This document shows positions 23,765 through 33,854 of a stretch of DNA of 64,000 nt, piece by piece. Within the stretch, counting starts at the first letter, position 1, and every line of letters begins with the position of its first letter. The position numbers and the translations under genes were made by a program. This DNA comes from Dimorphilus gyrociliatus (lineage: Eukaryota; Animalia; Annelida): NCBI GenBank assembly GCA_904063045.1, contig CAJFCJ010000035.1:124001-188000 (forward strand), written 5' to 3'. A model generated the notes under the pieces. The model saw only the letters and a program-made list of their open reading frames with translations, was not told the DNA's origin and did not search any database.

Positions 23765-24439
23765 AATATAATACAAGAAAAACAGTTTAGTCTTCAAACA
23801 ATATTATTTAATAATTTTCAAATTAACAATCCTCTAATCTTTAGCCATAAAATTAAATTAACCATACTTTCTACATAATACAACATATGTATCACACTTC
23901 ATTCATTTACACTCACTTATTTTATATACTTTCAATTAATTAACCAATTCCTTTACACATACTTAATTCATCAACTAGCCATAAATAATAATACAATTCA
24001 TACTTTTATTTTTTTCACTTTTTCAATTTTGAATTTTTACTTTTATTTAAACTTTTATTGTTATTCCAATCCTGGTTGCTACTATTTACCCAACTTATTT
24101 TATTTTATTCTATATCACTTTTCTTATTTTTTAGGTCTACAATTTTTGTTTTTTCTGTCTTTGCTGTTTTTCCAAACTGCCAGTATATATATCCCCTCAA
24201 TTTACTGTTATTTATTCCTTACACTTTGATTCAAGGCCACAGATGCTTTCTTTAATAACTTGTTAATTTAAAAAGTTTTAAACTATTTTGGTTTCTTATT
24301 TTAATTCTTTAATTTTTCAATTTAATTCCAAATTTTACCCCACAAGAAACTTTATCAACAAACAAATAAATAAATCAAAAATCTGGAGAGAAACTTCTTA
24401 TTAAGATTCTCAAACCTCTCTTTCATGCAGCTTAGTAGA

Positions 24440-24490
24440 GACCCTGAAGAGTCCCAGGTTTAAAAATTTAGTAGAGAGGGGGAAAAAATT
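24440..24490 (+). ncRNA. Degenerate hammerhead HH2
   Basis: GACC-CTGAAGA-GTCCC...GAGAGGGGG-AAAA; the 3' half is decayed. Confidence 0.6.
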
Positions 24491-24715
24491 CTACTCCAGA
24501 AAAGCCAAAGTGAACTCCAAGAACTGGAATGAATTTCAGCAGCTACAATAAGCTCTACAAGCTACAATGAACTCCAAGAGCTACAGTCAGCTACAATAAG
24601 GTCCAAGAGCTCAAGGGAGCAACAGTAGCTTAGTTGAGCTCCAATACCACAGGAGAGCTCCAAGAACTTAGGAGAGCTTTAAGAGCTCAAGTGAGCTTCA
24701 ACAGTTCTTACAACT

Positions 24716-24782
24716 CAGTACTCAACACCTCTGACAGTACTCAACACCTCTGACAGTACTCAACACCTCTGACAGTACTCAA
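24716..24782. repeat. 19-bp tandem repeat CAGTACTCAACACCTCTGA x3.5
   Basis: Units start at 24716, 24735, 24754 and 24773. Confidence 0.95.
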
Positions 24783-24858
24783 CTATACCACTATATATAC
24801 TGGTGCAGAACCTCAGTCATCCTCTTCACTTAACAGTGTTAAGAAGTACTTCCTAAAG

Positions 24859-26028
24859 ATGCCAGCTTCTAGATGCATAACAAATAAGTGCAAACTCTGC
24901 CCAGCCCTAATACAGGGAGGGTCCTGGAGCTCCAGAGATGGCCGTATTACTAAAAAGATTGAGGGAAACCTCAATTGTAATTCAGACCACATGTTTTTCA
25001 TTGCTGATTGTAAAAAGTGTAATTGGGCTATGGCTAGCTTCACCATATCTCCACTACATAGAATGTATGGATTTTCATTGAAAAAATCAAGAACAAGCAA
25101 AGACAATGTTGGAGCTCTGGCTCTTCATATGTGGACCTACAACCCTACCAACATAAGAATCCTTCCTATCATGGTCCAACCAGAGACAGAACACTTCCAT
25201 GACAAGAAAGTGAGTACATTGTTGCAATTACTATATAATGCTGACTGGGTAGAAATAGCTAAGTTTAAGAAAAGTAACCCAGACATTAGAGAGACAAACC
25301 CAAATGAGTTTCCATGCAATATTAGACCTACAATAATTAGCATCCAAGGGGTAACCCTTGAGCTCTCAGAAAATTTTAATATCCCTCTACCTAAGGAGTT
25401 AGCTCATGAGCAGTATGAGAACTCAGTTCTCTGTAGCAATAAGCACTCTTATGTGGGTCTGAGTAGACCCACCTTAAATAACCTAAGAAAAGATAACATA
25501 GATCTTAGGAACAAAGTGGTTGAGTTGGAAAACACAATTAAAGCAAGCTCCAGTAAGCTGGAGGAAACTAATAGTAAATTAGAGGAAGCTAATAAGAAAA
25601 ACAAGGAGCTCCTACAGGAACTAGAGAAAAAGAACTCAACTGAACAAAGAACTTCAAATAGTTATGAATGGGACTGGTCAAAAGCTCTTCCTATTAATGG
25701 GAGGGGCTTTATCAAATTCTTCTCACTACCAGAACAGGATACTGTGGAAAAATTTAAAGTAGAGCCAGTAATCATTAATCTTGAGGATCTAGATGCAAAC
25801 TCAACACCAGGAGCTCAACAAACTCCAGACAAAGAAATGGTCCCTACCAAGGAACAGACTGAGGAGGAAGAAGATGATGACAACTATGATGATATGGAAG
25901 ATGGTGAGTATCAATATGAAAGCACTCCAAAAGAAAATAGCAATATTGGAATAGAACAAAGACTCCTGATCAAGAGATCAGGTGATGACTTTCAAGTAAT
26001 ACCTTCCAAGAAACCAAGAAAAATGTAG
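24859..26028 (+). CDS. Penelope-type GIY-YIG-derived protein (apparently catalytically dead) with coiled coil, acidic tail and basic NLS-like end
   Basis: CITNKCKLC..KIEGNLNCNS.HMFFIADCKKC..T.SPLHR..ALALHM follows the PLE endonuclease pattern CxxxxCxxC..i.g.ftC.S.nvIY.I.C..C..YVGeT..L..R..VA.HF. Heptad region LRKDN..LEKK; ends PSKKPRKM. Confidence 0.65.
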   Translation: MPASRCITNKCKLCPALIQGGSWSSRDGRITKKIEGNLNCNSDHMFFIADCKKCNWAMASFTISPLHRMYGFSLKKSRTSKDNVGALALHMWTYNPTNIRILPIMVQPETEHFHDKKVSTLLQLLYNADWVEIAKFKKSNPDIRETNPNEFPCNIRPTIISIQGVTLELSENFNIPLPKELAHEQYENSVLCSNKHSYVGLSRPTLNNLRKDNIDLRNKVVELENTIKASSSKLEETNSKLEEANKKNKELLQELEKKNSTEQRTSNSYEWDWSKALPINGRGFIKFFSLPEQDTVEKFKVEPVIINLEDLDANSTPGAQQTPDKEMVPTKEQTEEEEDDDNYDDMEDGEYQYESTPKENSNIGIEQRLLIKRSGDDFQVIPSKKPRKM

Positions 26029-26135
26029 ACAGGTGGCGCTAGTGCAATGGCAGCCATCTTGTTTTCATGTTTTTTATGTATTATTTTTTTTTGTGGTGAT
26101 GGTATAAATACTTATGTTTGTGTTCAGTTTAATTT

Positions 26136-26176
26136 ACAACCTGATGAAGCCTCAAGTAGAGGCAAAATATTGTTGT
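26136..26176 (+). ncRNA. Minimal Penelope-type hammerhead, degenerate (HH4)
   Basis: ACAAC-CTGATGA-A-GCCTC-AAGTA-GAGGC-AAAA-TATT-GTTGT. Stems I and II are perfect; GAAA and the CGT stem III are altered in a CpG-decay pattern. Confidence 0.65.
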
Positions 26177-26340
26177 AATATGTTTTAAATTTTAAAATAC
26201 AAAGTTGATAAAAAAGAAAAAATTGAATTGTTATTACTGAATAAGACTAAGAGTTTGACAGAGCACTGAAGCACCAAGGAGCTCAGACATAGAGAACCAC
26301 TACCTACTGGAAAATTGGCAGAACCCTGGAACACCAACTA

Positions 26341-26527
26341 ACCAGTTCCCAAAACCTGACTAAGACTGGGAGCCCAGATCTGGAATCCTGACCAAGGAGA
26401 ACCCCTACCTAACATTGATTAAAAGTTAGGTATTACACTGGAACACTAGCTAACCAGTTCCCAAAAACATTACCAGAGTTGTGTGAGTGGCCTAACCCAT
26501 AACCCTTACCAAACCCTAACCTAACCC
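26341..26527 (+). repeat. Segment S (direct repeat of 28921-29085) ending in a CCCTAA-like tract
   Basis: ACCAGTTCCCAAAACCTGAC...GTGAGTGGCCTAACCC is near-identical in both copies. Confidence 0.9.
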
Positions 26528-26534
26528 TGTGGTA

Positions 26535-28747
26535 GGTCAAGTAGGTAGGAAAAAAATTTAGGAAAAAATTTTCACATAAAATTTAAGAAAAAATTTTTTT
26601 CAGTTTGGAAATTGTTTTAAACATCGATTTTGGTGTATTTTTTCTTTGACTGCTTCCCAAAAACTATTGGGACTATTGAAATGTGAGAATCCTGTTTCTC
26701 TTTTTTGATTTAGTCAAAAAAAACCTTTCCAAACCCCACCAAGTAAAGAGAATGTGGGATGAGAGAAACTAATACATAAGCCTTAATCTATGACAAAAAA
26801 ACAAAACTTTTTCCATGAGATTGACTTTTTTCAATTCAAAATTAGACCATTTGAGAAGAACATTCAAAATTTTTTCTTTCTTTTTAAAAAAGATAAAGAT
26901 TCTTATATATGTGACTGTAAACTAAAAAAACACTTTTTGCAAATTGTTTGAGTTTGTTGTGTTGATAATTTATTGTTAAAACCAAATGATGAAGTTTTGA
27001 AACCTTGCTTAAAATAAGTTGTTGATGCCTTTATCATTGTGATTTGAATTTTCTGATGGTTGAAGATTGGTATTAATTTTTTGTACTAAGTTTGGTATTA
27101 ACTTTATTTAGCTTTTAATTTATTGTAATTTCATTAGCATTTTGTATACCTTTTGTAACCTTTAAAAGTGCTTGTTGGTGTTATAGTTTTTCAAATCTCA
27201 TATAATTCTATAAATTACAAAAGTTCTCTCAAGTATAAATTTGTAAAAGAGCCTCTAAAAATCTCAAATATCTAACCCTTGACCCTTAAGCCAAAATCAA
27301 AAAATAATTAATTTATTCCTCAACTTCCCATACAAACTTAATGATATTTTATCTCAAAACATTCCATCAACTTTAAAATTACACCTAATTTAACAACTCA
27401 CATATAATTTTTTCCAATCCATTCATTAGCCAAATTCAAACTTATATCCTGGGTATAACTAAATGAATGTTGGAAGTAAGTCCAAACATAAAAGTAGGTT
27501 TCCTACTTTCTATCACATATAATTGCTACTATATTACTTCCATTCTTATAACAAACATCAATCAAACACAAAAAACAGTTAGGTATTTTACAATTTGCAA
27601 AAACATGCTCTTCCCCTTAAACCACTTAATTACCTTTTTAAAATTTTTCCAACACCTTCAACATAACTCTTCCATACCTTATAGGTGGTTACATTTACAC
27701 AATTTCCAATCCATTTATTAGCCCAAAACAAACTATCAGGGATTCACTAAATGAATGTTGGAAAAAAGTTTTTACATATAATAATACTTAACAAACTTCC
27801 ATTCTTAAACCAAACAAATCCAAATCAAAATTCAAAAAAGAATGAGGAATCCTAACATCTTCCCTAATACTTATATTATTCATTACAAACAATATATAGG
27901 TAGATAAATAGTAATTATCCAAATTTCCTTTCCAATCCATTCATTAGCCAAAATAACTTATCACTGGGCAATCTAAATGAATGTTGGAAAATAAAACACA
28001 ATACAGGGAAAACAGGCTAACTTTCAAACTATATTATTTCAAAATACTCCTAAGAATAATCCCTTAATCTTCAAGCCACAAATACAAACTAGGAACACTC
28101 TCTGCAAAACTCAAGCTAAATAGCACATTTCATTCATTCATACACACTTATGCTATATTTCCCTCTACTTAATCCCACTATACATCAACAAGGTTCATAT
28201 ATATTTAATCCACCTAGCAATCATATACAGCAATACAATTCCAAAATTTTATCACCACTTTTCCATCTTATTTTCTCACCTTTACTATGTAATTTTTATT
28301 TGTATTCTCTAGTTTTATTCTCTAACTTTTGTTTTTTTCTTTGTTTATTTTTATTTGCTATTATTTATTTTTTATTTATTTTTTATTTTTCTATTTATTT
28401 TTTACTTTTTTACTTATACTTATTTTGAATATTAGTTGCTATCATCTATAAAACTCACTTCAATATACATCCCCTTTATTAGGTTGTAGGTCAGTTTATT
28501 ATTGTCATGTTTTATTTTTCCTTTATTTTCAAACCTTCAATATAAATATTTCCTTAATTTATTACTTCTGTATTTCAATTTGTTACTAGCCTTAGTTATA
28601 AAACAAGAATCTTTATCTTTACATAAACCAAAATCTGGAGAGAAGCTTTTTATTAAGATTCTCAAACCTCTCATTCATTCATTTATATCAGACCCTGAAG
28701 AGTCCCAGATATACAAATTTGATAGAGAGGGGGACAAAACCATGGTA
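26535..28747 (+). repeat. Non-coding unit U2 (2213 nt between equivalent GUA sites)
   Basis: Starts after the hammerhead 3' half CTGTGGTA|GGTC (26527-26538) and ends at the HH3 GUA. Confidence 0.85.
27412..27989 (+). ncRNA. Three conserved hairpins of U2 (27412-27475, 27704-27763, 27930-27989)
   Basis: Same bipartite motif as in U1; one copy has a single arm substitution. Confidence 0.7.
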
Positions 28748-28751
28748 GGTC
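28691..28751 (+). ncRNA. Type I hammerhead HH3 (GAAA mutated to AAAA)
   Basis: GACC-CTGAAGA-GTCCC..GGGAC-AAAA-C-CATG-G-TA-GGTC; stem III is the palindrome ACCATGGT. Confidence 0.8.
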
Positions 28752-29122
28752 AAGTAGGTAGGGAAAAACTTTAAGAAAAAAATTTTTTCTGTTGGAAATT
28801 GTTTTCAACATTGATTTTGGTGTATTTTTTCTTTGACTGCTTCCCAAAAACGATTGGGACTCTTGAAATGTGAGAATCCTGTTTCTCTTTTTTGATTTAG
28901 TCAAAAAAAAACCTTTCCAAACCAGTTCCCAAAACCTGACTAAGACTGAGAGCCCAGATCTAGAATCCTGACCAAGGAGAACCCCTACCTAACATTGATT
29001 AAAAGTTATGTATTACACTGGAACACTAGCTAACCAGTTCCCAAAAACATTACCAGAGTTGTGTGAGTGGCCTAACCCTAATCCTGTGGACGTTTTCTCT
29101 TGTGGACATTTTCTCCATAAAC

Positions 29123-29209
29123 CTTTGAAATGGTGCAGAAATTGCAAAATGTGCCAGCATAATAACAAGACAAATGCCCAAAAGATATTTCATGATTTGA
29201 AAGTAGCTT
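29123..29209 (-). repeat. 87-bp inverted duplicate of 29899-29985 (5' end of the peptide gene)
   Basis: One mismatch; includes the ATG and signal-peptide codons. Confidence 0.92.
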
Positions 29210-29299
29210 TCTTAATCAATTTGAATAATGTGAAAGTTGAAAATGATATGATATAAATTTGATATAAATATATGACAATTTCAGGACATTTTGCCACTC

Positions 29300-29640
29300 A
29301 ATAATTTGTAATAGCAGGTTGCCAAATTACCAAACTAATGTCCAATGTTGAAAGGGTAGAGTGCTGTCTAAGTAAGGTTGTTTCCAGTTGATCTTTCCAG
29401 TTTAAGGTAATACAGTTAGACTATAACAGCAAGGGTTTATATGCATGTAGGTTTGTCTCCAATATACAATCATCACTTTACTGTTAGTGGTCTATGAATA
29501 ATATGTTACAAAGTTCAACACTTGAGAAAATTAATTAACCATACTTTGGCCAAACCCTTTCAAAAGCTTATCAATCACAACTTGGCCAACACTTAGTGGC
29601 ACTTAAAGTTGAACCTTATGTATGACCAGACAAGGTCAGA
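29300..29640 (-). mobile_element. Diverged family-B-like LTR remnant
   Basis: AGCAGGTTGCCAAATTACCAAACT and TTTGGCCAAACC segments are reverse complements of B LTR motifs. Confidence 0.65.
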
Positions 29641-29914
29641 ATTTGGCTAAATGGTGATTGTATTTCTCTCAAAGGTTTTTGAATAAGTAGTACACAGGTA
29701 TAAAATAGTAACAGATTAATTTTTGTTTACAGCCTTCAGAAGCATATTACACAGTATTGAGTTATTGAAGTCTTAAACTGGTTTTTTTGCTATTCATTTT
29801 ATCATAAATTACATATTGTCAAAAAAATATAAAAGATATATATATGTATATATATCAACTAGAATATTTTATACTTTCACACATTTCAAATCTTTTACAA
29901 GCTACTTTCAAATC

Positions 29915-30220
29915 ATGAAATATCTTTTGGGCATTTGTCTTGTTATTATGCTGGCACATTGTGCAATTTCTGCACCATTTCAAAGTGAATTGATGGAGTT
30001 ATTGGATGGAAGAGATGAAGGATTGATGGAAACTCTTCTTATGAGAGAATTATTGGAGAAGGTATTATATATAGAAAATTTATTCCATAAGCTTTATTTG
30101 TACTTTTCCTTTCAGCGATATACTAGCAGAAATTCTTGCCTACATTGCAAACGACAATTTTTTGAGAATTGTAATTCAAGAAGATCATATTGTCTTGCAG
30201 CCTATGATATATCTTTCTAA
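29915..30220 (+). CDS. Small secreted prepropeptide (83 aa): signal, acidic pro-region, KR site, 4-Cys mature peptide; join(29915..30061,30116..30220)
   Basis: MKYLLGICLVIMLAHCAISA signal; 54-nt GT..TTTCAG intron; mature peptide YTSRNSCLHCKRQFFENCNSRRSYCLAAYDISF. Confidence 0.8.
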   Translation: MKYLLGICLVIMLAHCAISAPFQSELMELLDGRDEGLMETLLMRELLEKVLYIENLFHKLYLYFSFQRYTSRNSCLHCKRQFFENCNSRRSYCLAAYDISF

Positions 30221-30382
30221 TATCAGAAAGAAGGGGAGAAAAGCTTATGTAAAATTAACAAAAGCTCCACACATTAAGGAAAAACACTAGAATGCATAAT
30301 TTTTTGAGAGTAGAATGTTTTTATTACATCTGATATTTTTTCTCTTTAATACATATTTTACAAGATTTATGATTACTTGTAT

Positions 30383-31101
30383 TGTACTTTGTTGTATTGT
30401 GATTGTAGGAATTTTGTTCTCATCCCAAACATATTTGTCCATACCCCTCATTTAATATTACACCAAAGCACTTGTCCAAATAGAACCTCAACAAATGAAT
30501 GATATTTGTCCAAAGTTTTATATCAAACTTTCAACAAAAAGCCAGTGTTTTCCAAATAAGATATGTATTGAATATGAGGTTCATCCTTAAGTACCAATTA
30601 AGCTTTGGCCAAGTTATAATTCAATTAGCTTGCCTAGGGTGTGGCCAAGATACCATTTAATTAGTTTAGCCAAGGTGTGGTCAAGTAATAATTCAATTAG
30701 CCTTCCTAAATGTTGAACCTTGTAACATCCTCTTACTAAAGATAAATGTAAACTAGACAGTTTGACAGTCATGAAGTGGTGATTGGACACTAGAGAATAG
30801 TCTTCAAGTATATAACTCCTCACTGCTTTACTCCAATTGGCTAACCTCAACCTGGGAGGATCAACTGGAACCATCACCCACTGGGATCTTTCTACTTCCT
30901 CAACATTGGACACTAGTTTGGTAATTTGGCAATCTACTGTTACCCACTACTTACTCTGCTATTGAACTTTCTTATTGTTACTTGCTTAAGTATTATTTTC
31001 AATAAACCACTTTAATTTAAACACTTTGTTTAAAAGGTTCGAGTAGAACCAGTACTGTTATAAGTTGCAAATGCATAAATTGGCAAGACCAAAGCAGTAC
31101 A
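30383..31101. mobile_element. Composite LTR remnant: A-related U5 end (minus, 30383-~30580) fused to a B-like LTR 3' part (plus, ~30585-31101)
   Basis: Begins TGTACTTTGTTGTATTG; contains TTTGGCCAAGTTATAATTCAATT..TGTTGAACCTTGTAACATCC; ends GCAGTACA. Confidence 0.8.
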
Positions 31102-31337
31102 ATATTCACTTCTCCTAATAATGTATCACAGGCAGACCTAGATTCAGTTCTATGTTCCTTCCCATGTACATATATGGCAGCCCAGAGCCCTGTTCATTAC
31201 TGCACCATGAAATTCAACTGGATTGATAGTAAGGGGTGATTAAACCTCCAGTTTGGACTTGGAATATTTTCGAAAAATTGATATTTAACACAGCTACACA
31301 TACTTTTTTGTTTCTAAGTCCAGCACCTAACACTGTT

Positions 31338-32295
31338 TGAACACATTTAGGCAGTTCATAGGTACTGAATACATAAGCTTATAACCAGGCTCACGAATTC
31401 ATAAACACAATACACGAAATTGTTACATTTCATTCATTGATGGAAAGCAATATTGAAAGAGTATTATATAGTACTCTACACGCCTAAAACTACAACATAC
31501 ACTATTTAAACTTAGTTGTAAAAGTATTTTCCAACTTAGATGTTAACCCTAATTATTATACACATCATATTTAATGAATATTAATTATATCTTCCACTAT
31601 TCTATTTATATTTGGAGTTTTTAGATTATTGTCACTTTTGAACAGTATTGTATGCACAATACTATATTAGATGATTAAGTTTAATACTTTTATCCTACCA
31701 GTTCTTTACACAGAAACATATTATCTTACACAAACAATTATTATTAATAATTTGTTGTATATTAAAATGGCATCAAGTTGACATTTTCCTATTTTTGTGT
31801 TTTGGAATCAATCCAACTTCTATTAATAATTGTTACATCTTAGGCAACTTTCTGACCTACTAAAATAGGGAGCAAAAGTTCTCCAAGATAAAGAAAAAGT
31901 AACAAACATGGAAGTATATTTGAATCTTTCCCTTTATCCAAATTGTTACATTTGTTTGTGTGAATATTTGTGATCTGTGAACTGTCAACTATTGAAAAAG
32001 TATATAAACCCTACGAATTCAACAGTAGGTAGTTCAGTTCTCTAACCATTAACTGGTTGTTTAAACTTGCTTGTTTAGAACTAGAAACTCATTTACTCAA
32101 ATACATATTCTTTGAACGAAATACTGGTGTTTGTTGGTTAATTTTTACTGGAATTGCATTTATTAAGACTACTTGTGGACAAACTTGAAAGGTTCTATTT
32201 GTTTGAGTACTTTGGCACATTGGTAGATGATTGGAGAGGACAAATTTGATTGTGATGAGCTAGGACTTCCTACAATTACAATACAACAAAGTACA
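31338..32295 (+). mobile_element. Family A LTR copy (older, more diverged; no TSD found)
   Basis: Reverse complement of 62652-63604 along its whole length; ends AAAGTACA. Confidence 0.92.
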
Positions 32296-32304
32296 TAGAC
32301 TGCT

Positions 32305-32531
32305 CAGCAACTGTAGAGTGATGATTGGATATAAGAGGCAAACTTCAAAGTATATAAATCCTCACTGTTTCATTCCAATCATCACAACCTGAGCTAACCC
32401 TCTACAAGGATCACTTGGAAACAACCTCCACTGGAATAAGGCTTCTACTCCTCAATTTGTTTAAAGGTTTGAATAGAACCAGTACTGTTGTAACTTGTAG
32501 ACACCTAAATTGGCCAAGCAAGAGCAGTACA
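32305..32531 (+). mobile_element. Family-B-like LTR 3' fragment
   Basis: CAACTGTAGAGTGATGATTGG..AAAGTATATAAATCCTCA..GCAAGAGCAGTACA. Confidence 0.75.
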
Positions 32532-33854
32532 ATACTATGTTAGGGATAAATTAAAGTTTAGTACTCTTGTAATTCTTGTTGTGTCTGTTCAAAAAGAGCA
32601 AAAACCTAAAACTGTAATACTTGAAAATAACAATAGTCAGCCTGTTTAATCTAGTTATCGGATAAACAACCAATGACGTTGACCACCTTCTGTTCAAAAA
32701 TCAAAACAGATATGAAATTTCAAATATTTTCCACTTTTGAAGAGTTTAATGAATTGTTTGATCATCATGGCACTCTGCCAATATCAAACAAAAGTAAAAT
32801 TTAACTTATTTATAGATAAATAATCCTTTACATTTGAATTTCACAGAGTTCAAATCTATTTTCCGTTTCATTTCATAAAAAAGCAACAACTGCTCTTGCT
32901 GTGTTACTACATCGGAATTTTAATTTCTTAATTTCTTTACATAGTGTCATTTGAGTGACTCCCCTCTCTTCATAAACAGCAGCTTTAAGAGTATCATTAA
33001 ATCTACTTTTCAGAATACCTCTGTATTGAATACGAATTGAAATGGAAGACAATTGAAATTGTATGCAAGAATGTTCATCATTATCCAATAAAAGAAGAGC
33101 ATTCTTAAAGCATCCATTCCATGATAAAAATTCAATAGCAAGTGGACTAGCACACACCAAAGGGTCTATTTAGTGTTTTGCAAATTCATTTAATTTAAAC
33201 TCTTTTATAAACACCATCACCTTTGATAGAGACAATTAACATATAAACTAGTAGAATATTTCTGAATATCCACAAATGTTTCATCCTTTAGTGAGATATA
33301 TTGATATTCATAAACAAATGAGTATTTGACTTTATTTCGTTGCTATTAAAGAGAGAGAATTGAAAGGAATAAAGGCATCTCTCCCTGTTGAATAATGAAA
33401 TAAATGGTCAATACACCCTTTAATAAATTCATAGAATCAGAATTTGATATCTCTGTTTTAAATCATGTATAACATTCCTCTGTTTAAAGTTATTTCAGGA
33501 TTGTTTAAGTACAATTTTATTGGATATCAGTTTAAGAAAGTGACTTTTACCTTTTAGGGAATGTATTACATTGGTTAAGGTTAAATAATAGACTTGTGGC
33601 CATTTTCTTTCGCGTCCTGAGTAATAGTCCTATGAAATATTAAAAGAATCAGCTATTCTTATCTTTGCATTTAATTTTTATGCCTTTATTTTGTCTTTGC
33701 TTCTCCCCCCTCCCTCGCACACACACGCACACGCACTCGCTGTCTCTCTTTAATTCTCTAAGTAACACGATTGACTAGTAGAGTATGTGTGAAAACCCTT
33801 GAACTCTTAAGCATTTGAGCATCATTGATTACCATTGCATCTGTACATTAAAAA

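Larger units (their letters stand above)
22292..24490 (+). repeat. Non-coding ~2.2-kb unit U1 (homologous to U2)
   Basis: Shares its start (GGTCAAGTAGGTAGG..), three hairpins and end (ATCTGGAGAG..CAAACCTCTC..hammerhead) with 26535-28747. Confidence 0.85.

Noticed and set aside
24029-24255. Hydrophobic Phe/Leu-rich ORFs (also 28150-28428, 18790-19008, 48421-48782)
   Set aside because: Products of T-rich low-complexity tracts or antisense to Lys/Glu-rich coding sequence.
23364-27989. CRISPR array or SECIS interpretation of the repeated hairpins
   Set aside because: Eukaryotic context, no cas genes, and long irregular spacing. Neither strand has the 5' AUGA / 3' GA quartet geometry of SECIS.
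32873-33160. ORF with an integrase-like SRFNDTLK stretch
   Set aside because: Only a short motif with no other DDE residues; cannot be supported.
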